The translations under genes and the position numbers were made by a program. This document shows positions 34,372 through 42,773 of a DNA stretch of 64,000 nt, piece after piece. Position 1 is the stretch's first letter. Each line of letters begins with the position of its first letter. This stretch comes from Candidatus Aphodoplasma sp. (GTDB lineage Bacteria; Bacillota; Clostridia; UBA1381; UMGS1253), in the NCBI GenBank assembly GCA_045626925.1, contig JAZUQZ010000001.1, forward strand, positions 40,432-104,431. Reading direction: 5' to 3'. The notes beneath the pieces were generated by a model, which searched no databases, had not been told where the DNA came from, and was given only the letters and a program-made list of their open reading frames with translations.

Positions 34372-34453
34372 TTTCGCAATAAAACTGTGCTATTATAATA
34401 CATATCCATGATGGATGGACACAATATTTCTCTTATTTTAAGGAGATGAACAC

Positions 34454-35605
34454 ATGGCTGAGAAGCGTGATTATTACGAGGTGCTTGGCGTAAAAAAAGG
34501 CGCAAGCGACGATGAAATAAAAAAAGCATATCGTACTGCTGCAAAAAAATATCACCCTGACCTTAATCATGGTAAAGAGGCAGAAGCAGAGGCAAAGTTT
34601 AAAGAGGTTAATGAGGCATACGATGTCTTGAAAGATGAAGAAAAGCGCGCAAGATATGACCAATTTGGCCACGCAGGTGTTGACCCAAGTTATGGCGGTG
34701 GCGGCGCTGGATATGGCGGTTTTGGCGGTGGCTTTGGTGGCTTTGATATGGGCGATATATTTGAATCCTTTTTTGGCGGTGGCTTTAGCGGCGGTTCGCA
34801 AAGTGCGCGCAGAAATGGGCCGAAAAAGGGCAAAGATGTTCAACAATATGTAGAAATAACCTTTGAAGAGGCTGCGTTTGGCGTTGAAAAAGAAGTTGTC
34901 ATTTATAGAATGGAAAATTGTAAAAGCTGTGGCGGAAGCGGCGCAAAGAAGGGCACAACACCTGTGACTTGTTCTGTGTGTGGTGGTACGGGCCAAATAC
35001 GCACAACGCAGCGTACCCCGTTTGGCAATTTTTCATCCGCTTCTACATGTAATAACTGTGGTGGAAGCGGTCAAACTATTCCAAATCCGTGTCCGGATTG
35101 TAAAGGAAGTGGCCAAATTAAGCATCAACGAAAAATCAATGTAAGCATTCCTGCTGGCATTGATGATGGTCAAACTATACCACTTCGTGGAGAGGGTAGC
35201 GCAGGTGCAAAAGGCGGTCCAAACGGAGACTTATACATTACTGTATCTGTTAAAAAGCATGAGCTATTTTCACGAAATGGTTTTGATGTAACTTTTGAAA
35301 TGCCAATAAGCTTTGTTTCGGCAACACTTGGAGACACTGTGCGTGTGCCGACACTTGATGGAGAGGTTGAACACAAAATTTCCGAAGGCATGCAAAGTGG
35401 CACGGTTTATAGATTCCGTGGCAAAGGTATTCCACACTTGCGTGGACGCGGGCGTGGCGATCAATATGTAAAATTTAATGTTGAAGTGCCAAAAGGGCTT
35501 AGTGATAAACAAAAAGAATTATTAAGAGAATTTGATAAGCTTGATAACGGAAACAATAAAGAGAAGAGTAAATTTTTTGATATGCTTAATAAGTTTAAAA
35601 AATAG
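34454..35605 (+). CDS. dnaJ: molecular chaperone DnaJ
   Basis: 383 aa. J domain ([15 protein letters not shown]), G/F-rich region, four CxxCxGxG repeats ([32 protein letters not shown]). Confidence 0.97.
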   Translation: MAEKRDYYEVLGVKKGASDDEIKKAYRTAAKKYHPDLNHGKEAEAEAKFKEVNEAYDVLKDEEKRARYDQFGHAGVDPSYGGGGAGYGGFGGGFGGFDMGDIFESFFGGGFSGGSQSARRNGPKKGKDVQQYVEITFEEAAFGVEKEVVIYRMENCKSCGGSGAKKGTTPVTCSVCGGTGQIRTTQRTPFGNFSSASTCNNCGGSGQTIPNPCPDCKGSGQIKHQRKINVSIPAGIDDGQTIPLRGEGSAGAKGGPNGDLYITVSVKKHELFSRNGFDVTFEMPISFVSATLGDTVRVPTLDGEVEHKISEGMQSGTVYRFRGKGIPHLRGRGRGDQYVKFNVEVPKGLSDKQKELLREFDKLDNGNNKEKSKFFDMLNKFKK

Positions 35606-35646
35606 AAAAAAGTCGATTGTTAAATTTTTTAGCAATCGACTTTTTT
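35605..35646 (+). terminator. rho-independent terminator after dnaJ
   Basis: GTCGATTG (35612-35619) / CAATCGAC (35633-35640), with an A-run before and TTTTTT (35641-35646) after. Confidence 0.8.
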
Positions 35647-35680
35647 GTGCAAAAAACCTTAAAAAACTTGGCTTTTATTG

Positions 35681-35709
35681 TTGACTATTATTTTATAAAA
35701 TGATACAAT
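35681..35709 (+). promoter_or_regulatory. sigma-A type promoter for the oxidoreductase gene
   Basis: TTGACT (35681-35686), 17-nt spacer, TACAAT (35704-35709). Confidence 0.55.
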
Positions 35710-35758
35710 AAACGAAATAAAATGCAATTTAAAACTTACTAAAAGAGGAGCATTTGCT

Positions 35759-36784
35759 ATGAAAAAATTTTCTTCTGCAATAATTGGATGTGGCGCGATT
35801 TTTCCTATGCATGCTGCGTCGATTCTTAACAATAAAAACACAACGCTTGTTGCTGTTTGCGACACAAATGAAGAACGGGCAAAAAATAAGGCAGAGCAAT
35901 GCAAGTGTGATTTTTATACTGATTATAAAGCTATGATTGAGGCTGTTAAACCTGATGTGGTGCATATTTGTTTGCCACATTATTTACATGCGCCTGTGAG
36001 CATGTATGCAATGGAGCATGGATGCGATGTGATTTGTGAAAAGCCTATGGCGACAACTGTGTCTGATGCTGAAAAAATGATAGCTACTTCAAAAAAAACA
36101 GGGAAAAAGCTTGAAATAATTTTTCAAAACAGATATAACGCGGCCAGCATACTTATAAAAAACACAATTGAATCAGGAAAGCTTGGCAAAGTTTTGGGTG
36201 CTCGCGCCACAGTATGTTGGACAAGAAGTACAGCGTACTATAGCGAAAGCGGATGGAGAGGAACATTTGAAAAAGAGGGTGGAAGCGTATGTGTAAATCA
36301 GGCAATACACACGCTTGACCTTATGTTATGGTTTACGGGCAAAAACCCTCTTAGTGTTAAGGCGTCGATTGATACACGAACCCATAATATTGAAACAGAG
36401 GACGATGCAACGGGTACAATTACTTTCGACGATAATACTTATGCAAACTTTTGGTTTAGTGTCAATTATTGTATTGATGCGCCTGTCGAAATTGAAATAT
36501 GTTGCGAAAATGGTATTGCACATCTTGTTGGAGATAAAGCAGAAATTACATTTAAAGATGGAGAGATTTTAAAGGCGCAAAATGACGAAAATGATTTTGT
36601 TGAATATGGCGATATGAAAGCGTATTGGGGTATGGCACATATAAAGCAGGTTAATAATTTTTATAATAATTTATTAGCTGATGATTCTTTGCCTTCAAAT
36701 TACAATGATGCCTTTGCAACACATAAGGTTATGTGTGCGATATTAAAATCGGGCAAAACCGGTACGAGTGTAACAATTGAATGA
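35759..36784 (+). CDS. Gfo/Idh/MocA-family NAD(P)-dependent oxidoreductase
   Basis: 341 aa. N-terminal Rossmann IIGCGAI, conserved EKP motif (VICEKPMA), C-terminal alpha/beta domain. Substrate is not assignable. Confidence 0.8.
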   Translation: MKKFSSAIIGCGAIFPMHAASILNNKNTTLVAVCDTNEERAKNKAEQCKCDFYTDYKAMIEAVKPDVVHICLPHYLHAPVSMYAMEHGCDVICEKPMATTVSDAEKMIATSKKTGKKLEIIFQNRYNAASILIKNTIESGKLGKVLGARATVCWTRSTAYYSESGWRGTFEKEGGSVCVNQAIHTLDLMLWFTGKNPLSVKASIDTRTHNIETEDDATGTITFDDNTYANFWFSVNYCIDAPVEIEICCENGIAHLVGDKAEITFKDGEILKAQNDENDFVEYGDMKAYWGMAHIKQVNNFYNNLLADDSLPSNYNDAFATHKVMCAILKSGKTGTSVTIE

Positions 36785-36798
36785 AAAGTGTATAATTC

Positions 36799-36827
36799 TT
36801 GACAATTTTTGCGCCAAGGATTATAAT
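36799..36827 (+). promoter_or_regulatory. sigma-A consensus promoter for thrS
   Basis: TTGACA (36799-36804), 17-nt spacer, TATAAT (36822-36827). Only 36 nt remain before the thrS ATG. Confidence 0.65.
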
Positions 36828-36863
36828 TAAAGAATATAATACATTATGATAGGAAGATGAAAA

Positions 36864-38627
36864 ATGAGTGAAAATGTAAATTATGATGAACTTCGCACAT
36901 TGCGTCACAGCGCGTCGCATATATTGGCACAGGCGGTAAAGAGATTATTTCCTGAGACAAAGCTTGCGATTGGTCCTGCTATTGATAACGGATTTTATTA
37001 CGATTTTGATGCGGATAAACCTTTTACGATTGAAGACCTTGAAAAAATTGAAGCAGAGATGAAAAAAATCGTTAAAGAAAACATTAAAATTGAGCGTTTT
37101 GAGCTTAGCAGAGAAGAAGCGCTAAAGCTTATGGCAGATGAGCCATACAAAGTTGAGCTTATAAACGATTTGCCGGAAGGAGAGGTTATTTCCTTCTATA
37201 AGCAGGGCGACTTTACAGATTTGTGTGCAGGTCCTCATATAAATTATACAAGTAAGGTAAAAGCGTTCAAGCTACTTAGTGCTACGGGTGCTTATTGGCG
37301 TGGAAGCGAAAAAAATAAGATGCTTCAGCGCATATATGGCACAGCGTTTAAGACAAAAGAGGAACTTGTAGCTCATCTTGAGGCTCTTGAAGAGGCAAAA
37401 CGCCGCGACCATAACAAACTTGGGCGTGAGCTTGAAATATTTACAACATCAGAACTTATTGGCCAAGGCTTGCCGATAATGCTTCCAAAGGGCGCAAAGA
37501 TAATACAAATTCTTAAGCGCTTTGTTGAAGATACAGAGGAGGCACATGGTTGGCTTCGAACAATTACGCCATACATGGCAAAAAGTGATTTGTATAAGGT
37601 TTCGGGCCATTGGGACCACTATCAAGACGGAATGTTTGTAATGGGTGATGAGGCAACAGATAAAGAGGTGTTTGCACTTCGTCCGATGACTTGTCCGTTC
37701 CAATATCAAGCATATCTTAACAAGGCTCGCTCATATCGTGATTTGCCACTTCGTTATGGTGAAACATCGACACTTTTCAGAAATGAAGCATCGGGTGAAA
37801 TGCATGGTCTTATCCGTGTTCGCCAGTTTACAATTTCAGAAGGACATTTGATGTGTACACCTGAACAACTTGAGGGCGAATTTAAAAGCTGTCTTGAGCT
37901 TGCGATATATATGCTTAAAACACTTGGCCTTTACGAAGATGTTTCGTACAGATTTTCTCAATGGGACCCTGATGATAGAGAAAAATACATCGGCACACAG
38001 GAACAATGGGACGAAGCACAGTCGACTATGAAAAAAATCCTTGACCATCTCGGCATAAATTATGCAATTGGTGTTGGGGAAGCGGCGTTCTATGGACCAA
38101 AGCTTGATATACAGATTAAAAATGTTCATGGCAAAGAGGACACACTTATTACAATCCAAGTTGACCAAATGCTTGCTGAAAAGTTTGGCATGGAGTATGT
38201 TGATGCAGATGGCAATAAGAAAAACCCATACATCATTCATCGCACATCGATTGGTTGTTATGAGCGTACACTTGCACTGCTTATTGAAAAATATGCGGGT
38301 GCATTCCCAACATGGCTTGCACCTGTACAAGCAAAGGTACTTGCGATTTCTGAAAAACATGCCGAGTATGCGACGAAAATCGTTGAAAAGATGCGCGCTG
38401 CCGGTATTCGCGTAGAGCTTGATATGAGAAATGAAAAAATCGGATATAAAATCCGCGAGGCACAGCTTGAAAAAGTGCCATACATGCTTATTGCAGGCGA
38501 TAAAGAACAAGAAACAAACACCGTATCTGTCCGTGCAAGAAAGCAAGGGGACAAAGGAGCTATGAGCGTTGATGAATTTATAGCACTTGTTCAAAAAGAA
38601 GTTGCTGAAAAGACATTAAATTATTAA
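36864..38627 (+). CDS. thrS: threonyl-tRNA synthetase (N-terminal TGS domain absent)
   Basis: 587 aa. Begins directly in the editing/second-additional domain (RTLRHSASHILAQAVKRLFPETKLAIGPAIDNGFYYDFD). Class-II core (FRNEASG, GEAAFYGPK) and C-terminal anticodon-binding domain. Confidence 0.95.
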   Translation: MSENVNYDELRTLRHSASHILAQAVKRLFPETKLAIGPAIDNGFYYDFDADKPFTIEDLEKIEAEMKKIVKENIKIERFELSREEALKLMADEPYKVELINDLPEGEVISFYKQGDFTDLCAGPHINYTSKVKAFKLLSATGAYWRGSEKNKMLQRIYGTAFKTKEELVAHLEALEEAKRRDHNKLGRELEIFTTSELIGQGLPIMLPKGAKIIQILKRFVEDTEEAHGWLRTITPYMAKSDLYKVSGHWDHYQDGMFVMGDEATDKEVFALRPMTCPFQYQAYLNKARSYRDLPLRYGETSTLFRNEASGEMHGLIRVRQFTISEGHLMCTPEQLEGEFKSCLELAIYMLKTLGLYEDVSYRFSQWDPDDREKYIGTQEQWDEAQSTMKKILDHLGINYAIGVGEAAFYGPKLDIQIKNVHGKEDTLITIQVDQMLAEKFGMEYVDADGNKKNPYIIHRTSIGCYERTLALLIEKYAGAFPTWLAPVQAKVLAISEKHAEYATKIVEKMRAAGIRVELDMRNEKIGYKIREAQLEKVPYMLIAGDKEQETNTVSVRARKQGDKGAMSVDEFIALVQKEVAEKTLNY

Positions 38628-38654
38628 AATATTAAAATTTGCCGTAAAAAAGTA

Positions 38655-38683
38655 TTGACACAGTCTATATTTTGTGGTAATAT
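38655..38683 (+). promoter_or_regulatory. sigma-A consensus promoter for rplU-rpmA
   Basis: TTGACA (38655-38660), 17-nt spacer, TGgTAATAT extended -10 (38675-38683). Confidence 0.65.
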
Positions 38684-38689
38684 ATTACG

Positions 38690-38770
38690 GTAACCGCATA
38701 AGAAGGGTTTTAAAACTGCTTTGCAGTACCTGAATTAGCGTGACTTCATTTTATAAGGAGGTGCAATTTT
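38690..38770 (+). promoter_or_regulatory. about 80-nt 5' leader of rplU (possible L21-leader type autoregulatory RNA)
   Basis: Lies between the predicted TSS and the AGGAGG SD. Contains small hairpins (CGGTAACCG, GTTTTAAAAC, CTGCTTTGCAG). Firmicute rplU operons are known to carry a structured leader. I could not check the covariance model. Confidence 0.3.
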
Positions 38771-39079
38771 ATGTACGCAATTATTAAGACAGGCGGAAAA
38801 CAGTATAAGGTTGCTGAAGGTGACACAATCTTTGTTGAAAAGCTTGATGCACAGGTTGATGACACATACACATTTGATACTGTTTTAGCGATTGGTGGCG
38901 AAACTGTAAAGATTGGCAGCCCTGTTGTTGAGGGTGCAAGCGTTACAGCAAAAATACTTAGACAGGCTAAAAGCAAGAAAATTATCGTATTTAAGTATAA
39001 GCCAAAGAAGACATATCGCAAAAAGCAGGGTCACAGACAACCATACACAAAGCTACAGATTGAAAAAATCAATGCGTAG
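38771..39079 (+). CDS. rplU: 50S ribosomal protein L21
   Basis: 102 aa. Begins [18 protein letters not shown]. Confidence 0.97.
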   Translation: MYAIIKTGGKQYKVAEGDTIFVEKLDAQVDDTYTFDTVLAIGGETVKIGSPVVEGASVTAKILRQAKSKKIIVFKYKPKKTYRKKQGHRQPYTKLQIEKINA

Positions 39080-39122
39080 TTTTAAAAATCTAAATATGTT
39101 TTGAAAGCTGAGGTGTATATAA

Positions 39123-39377
39123 ATGGCACATAAGAAAGGTATGGGATCGACCAAGAATGGTCGTGATAGTGAGTCGAAAAGACTTGGTGTTAAAAGAGCT
39201 GATGGTCAGTTCGTTTTAGCAGGAAATATTTTAGTAAGACAACGCGGTACAAAAATTCATCCCGGTAACAATGTTGGTATCGGTAGCGATGATACATTAT
39301 TTGCCTTGATAGACGGAAAAGTAAAGTTCGAGAGAAAAGGTAAAGACAAAAAACAGTGCAGCGTTTATACAGATTGA
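39123..39377 (+). CDS. rpmA: 50S ribosomal protein L27 (no N-terminal propeptide)
   Basis: 84 aa. Begins [29 protein letters not shown], so it starts directly at the mature-type N-terminus. Confidence 0.97.
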   Translation: MAHKKGMGSTKNGRDSESKRLGVKRADGQFVLAGNILVRQRGTKIHPGNNVGIGSDDTLFALIDGKVKFERKGKDKKQCSVYTD

Positions 39378-39386
39378 TTTAATTAA

Positions 39387-39414
39387 ATCTCAGACTTTCC
39401 GTCTGAGATTTTTC
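39387..39414 (+). terminator. rho-independent terminator after rpmA
   Basis: ATCTCAGAC (39387-39395), loop TTTCC, GTCTGAGAT (39401-39409), then TTTTTC. Confidence 0.88.
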
Positions 39415-39520
39415 TTTAACAAGAAATACTGCCAAAAGTCATAATACAATATAAATTTTGGCAGATAATAAATATAAAATGATTTTCGTTATAATTTATA
39501 ACGCCAAAAGGATGAATAGT

Positions 39521-40798
39521 ATGTTTTTTGATACAGCAAAAATTTATGTCAAAGCAGGCGACGGTGGCAACGGAGCAGTATCATTTCATCGCGAAAAATA
39601 TGTTGCTGCGGGCGGCCCCGATGGCGGCGATGGTGGACGCGGCGGCGATATTATATTTGAGGTAGACACTTCGATTTCTACGCTTGTGGCATTTCGTTAT
39701 AAAAGAAAATATGTGTCTGAAAATGGTGGCGATGGACGAAGCGGGAAATGCTCCGGCAAAGATGCAGAGTCACTTGTGATAAAGGTGCCCGCGGGCACTC
39801 TTATCCGTGATGCAAACACAAATCGGCTTATGGCAGATATGACGCCTCCAAATAATCGTGTTGTTCTACTAAAGGGCGGTAATGGCGGATGGGGCAATAC
39901 ACACTTTGCAACACCTACACGCCAGGTGCCACGCTTTTCAAAGCCGGGCCTAAAAGGCGCAGAACGGGAACTTGTTCTTGAGTTAAAGCTTATTGCTGAT
40001 GTTGGCTTGCTCGGTTTTCCAAATGTAGGAAAGTCGACACTTTTGTCTGTTGTGACATCAGCAAGACCAAAAATTGCAAATTATCACTTTACAACACTTG
40101 AACCAAATCTTGGCGTTGTAGAGCTTGGAAAATATGGTGGCTCGGGGAGCTTTGTTATGGCGGATATTCCCGGCCTAATTGAAGGTGCAAGTGAAGGGGT
40201 AGGGCTTGGACATGAGTTTTTGCGTCATGTTGAGCGCACACGCCTTTTGATTCATGTAGTTGATGTATCAGGAATCGAGGGAAGAGACCCAATAGATGAT
40301 TTTGATAAAATCAATGCAGAGCTTGCAAATTATGATGAGGTATTATCTACACGCCCACAGGTTGTAGCTGCAAACAAAACAGATATAATTCAAGATGAGC
40401 AGGCATATAAGGCGTTTGTTGAGGAAATGAAAAGGCGTGGATATATGTTGTTTGAGATTTGCGCAGCGACAAAAAAAGGTGTAAATGAGCTTATGGAGTA
40501 TGTTGCTGCACAGCTTGCACAGCTTCCGCCGATAGAAATTTTTGAAGCGGAACCGATGCTTGAAGAAATTGTAGAGGAAGAATTGTTTACAATACGAAAC
40601 GAGAATGGTGTATTTGTCGTTGAGGGAGCATGGATTGAAAACCTTGTCGGCTCTGTAAATCTTGCAGACGATGAATCGTTTAACTTCTTCCAACGCTCAC
40701 TTCGTAACAAAGGCGTTATCGATGCACTTGAAGAAAAAGGAATTGAAGAAGGCGCCAGCGTACGCCTTTATGATATTGAGTTTGACTATGTAAGATAG
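39521..40798 (+). CDS. obg: GTPase Obg/CgtA
   Basis: The track starts at TTG 39458. The conserved Obg N-terminus MFFDTAKIYVKAGDGGNG begins at ATG 39521 after AAAAGGA. G1 motif GFPNVGKST. C-terminal OCT domain. Confidence 0.95.
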   Translation: MFFDTAKIYVKAGDGGNGAVSFHREKYVAAGGPDGGDGGRGGDIIFEVDTSISTLVAFRYKRKYVSENGGDGRSGKCSGKDAESLVIKVPAGTLIRDANTNRLMADMTPPNNRVVLLKGGNGGWGNTHFATPTRQVPRFSKPGLKGAERELVLELKLIADVGLLGFPNVGKSTLLSVVTSARPKIANYHFTTLEPNLGVVELGKYGGSGSFVMADIPGLIEGASEGVGLGHEFLRHVERTRLLIHVVDVSGIEGRDPIDDFDKINAELANYDEVLSTRPQVVAANKTDIIQDEQAYKAFVEEMKRRGYMLFEICAATKKGVNELMEYVAAQLAQLPPIEIFEAEPMLEEIVEEELFTIRNENGVFVVEGAWIENLVGSVNLADDESFNFFQRSLRNKGVIDALEEKGIEEGASVRLYDIEFDYVR

Positions 40799-40813
40799 TC
40801 AAAGGAGGAAATT

Positions 40814-41110
40814 ATGATTACAAGCAAACAACGAGCATATCTTCGTAAAGAAGCGAATACTATTGAACCGATTTTTCAACTTGGCAAGGGCGGCATAACA
40901 GACAATTTTATAAAACAAGTTGATGATGCGCTTGAAGCACGCGAGCTTATAAAGATACACTTGCTTGATGCGTCGTTTCTTGATGCACGAGAAACGGTTA
41001 ATGAGCTTGCGGCTCTTACCCATTCAGAGCCTGTCCAGGCAATAGGTTCAAAAATGGTGCTATATCGTGAGTCAAAGAACAAAAAGAGGATTGAATTGCC
41101 AACAAAATAA
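40814..41110 (+). CDS. yhbY: YhbY-family CRM-domain RNA-binding protein
   Basis: 98 aa. Contains LTSKQRAYLRKEAN...FQLGKGGIT (GxxG CRM motif). AAGGAGG SD. Confidence 0.88.
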   Translation: MITSKQRAYLRKEANTIEPIFQLGKGGITDNFIKQVDDALEARELIKIHLLDASFLDARETVNELAALTHSEPVQAIGSKMVLYRESKNKKRIELPTK

Positions 41111-41130
41111 TATATGTGGAGTTGAAAATT

Positions 41131-41736
41131 ATGGGCAAAATAGGTCTTTTGGGCGGAACCTTTGACCCAATTCATTATGCACATCTTTTCATGGGACAAC
41201 TATGCAAAGAATCACTTGGCCTTGATAAAGTAATTTATATTCCTGCAGGCATCGTATCTCATAAAAACAGTGTCTATACAGACGCTAAAATGCGATATGA
41301 GATGGTAAAGCTTGCCATAGAGGGTAATTCGTGCTTTGAGGTGTCAGATTACGAAATAACAAAGTCTACGCCGTCTTATAGCGACGAAACGGTGGCATAT
41401 TTTAAAAATATGTATCCAAACGATGAAATTGTGTTCATTTTTGGAGAGGATTCTCTTGATTATGTTGAAACATGGCACAATGCTGCCGAGCTTTTGAGTA
41501 TGTGCACCTTTGCAGTAGTTGGGCGAGGAGGTTTTGAGCTTGATATAGAGTCAAAGATTGATTTTTTGAAAGAAAAGTTTGGAGCAAAAATAGAATATAT
41601 AAAATCGCCGGAGTTTGATGTTTCATCAAGAGTTATACGCGATATGATTTCAAATGGTAAAAGCGTAAAACGCCTTGTGTCCGATAATGTTTTAAATTTT
41701 ATAGAGAAGAACAATTTGTATCGTAATATAAAATGA
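41131..41736 (+). CDS. nadD: nicotinate-nucleotide adenylyltransferase
   Basis: The track starts at GTG 41116; ATG 41131 follows GTGGAG. Motif GGTFDPIHYAH. Confidence 0.92.
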   Translation: MGKIGLLGGTFDPIHYAHLFMGQLCKESLGLDKVIYIPAGIVSHKNSVYTDAKMRYEMVKLAIEGNSCFEVSDYEITKSTPSYSDETVAYFKNMYPNDEIVFIFGEDSLDYVETWHNAAELLSMCTFAVVGRGGFELDIESKIDFLKEKFGAKIEYIKSPEFDVSSRVIRDMISNGKSVKRLVSDNVLNFIEKNNLYRNIK

Positions 41737-41751
41737 AAGCGGGGGATAAAT

Positions 41752-42354
41752 ATGATTTCCTTTGATTTTGAAAGTGCGATGAAAAAACTGCAAAATGACC
41801 TTAAAGCTGAACGCTATATACATAGTATCGGCGTTATGGAAACGGCTCAAAAACTTGCAAAACGCTTTGGTGTCGATGAGCAAAAGGCAAAAATTGCAGG
41901 TATATTACATGACTGCGCAAAAAATATTGGCGTATCACAATCATATGCAATGTGTGATATGTTTTCGATTAAGCTCGATGATGTTTCAAAAAAATCATAT
42001 AAGCTTGTGCATCAGTATCTTGGCGCAAAGCTTGCCGAAACAGAATTTGGCATAACTGATGAAGAAATTTTGTCGGCAATTCGCTTTCATACGACTGCAA
42101 GGGCAAATATGAGCCAAATTGAAAAGGTTATTTATCTTGCGGATTTTATTGAGCCAAACAGAGACAAAGAGCCGTTTGATGGTTTGAGCAAGCTTCGCCT
42201 TTTGTGCGAAAAAGATATTGACGAAGCGATGCTTTTTGCTCTTGACTTTTCGATAGAAAGTGTCGTTTCGAGAAAGCTTCTTCTTCATATCGATACGGCA
42301 CTGGCTCGAAACTGGGTTTTAGATAAAAAAATGAGCAAAACACTTGAAAAATAA
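41752..42354 (+). CDS. yqeK: HD-domain protein YqeK (bis(5'-nucleosyl)-tetraphosphatase type)
   Basis: 200 aa. RYIHSIGV...GILHDCAK HD motif. Conserved position after nadD. Confidence 0.88.
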   Translation: MISFDFESAMKKLQNDLKAERYIHSIGVMETAQKLAKRFGVDEQKAKIAGILHDCAKNIGVSQSYAMCDMFSIKLDDVSKKSYKLVHQYLGAKLAETEFGITDEEILSAIRFHTTARANMSQIEKVIYLADFIEPNRDKEPFDGLSKLRLLCEKDIDEAMLFALDFSIESVVSRKLLLHIDTALARNWVLDKKMSKTLEK

Positions 42355-42405
42355 TAAAAAATTTTATATTATATTAGTATGTGAAGATGTTTTGGAGGTG
42401 GCTTG

Positions 42406-42762
42406 ATGCATATACTTGAAAAGGCAGAACTGATTGCAAGGTCATTAGATGATAAAAAAGGCAGGAAAATTACTGCGCTTGATGTTTCTGAACTTACAAG
42501 CATAAGCGATTATTTTATTATTGCAAGCGGTGGTTCACAAACACAAGTGAAGGCGCTTGCTGATAATGTTATGGACAAGCTTAGCGAAAAAGGACTTTCG
42601 CCTGTTCATATAGAAGGGTATAGTTCCGGCTCGTGGATTTTGGTTGATTATAGCGATGTTGTTGTGCACATTTTTACCGAGGAAATGCGTGAGTTTTATG
42701 ATATAGAGCGTCTGTGGACGGATGCAAAAGAAATTACACTTGATTTTTCCGACAAAAATTAG
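42406..42762 (+). CDS. rsfS: ribosome silencing factor RsfS
   Basis: About 118 aa. GGAGG (42394-42398) is 7 nt before ATG 42406. Contains [21 protein letters not shown]...[14 protein letters not shown]. Confidence 0.9.
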   Translation: MHILEKAELIARSLDDKKGRKITALDVSELTSISDYFIIASGGSQTQVKALADNVMDKLSEKGLSPVHIEGYSSGSWILVDYSDVVVHIFTEEMREFYDIERLWTDAKEITLDFSDKN

Positions 42763-42773
42763 GAGGCGATTTT

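Noticed and set aside
34433-34996. Overlapping ORFs (187 aa on the minus strand, 72 aa on the plus strand) and GGCGGTGGC repeats inside dnaJ.
   Set aside because: They are explained by the Gly/Phe-rich linker of DnaJ. This is a codon-level repeat, with no CRISPR-like spacing or flanking structure.
39429-39464. A 9-bp inverted repeat CTGCCAAAA / TTTTGGCAG with an 18-nt loop upstream of obg, overlapping the track's extended obg start (39458).
   Set aside because: It lies between the rpmA terminator and the true Obg start (39521). It is probably a minor secondary hairpin or chance, and the track's N-terminal extension has no SD and precedes the conserved Obg N-terminus.
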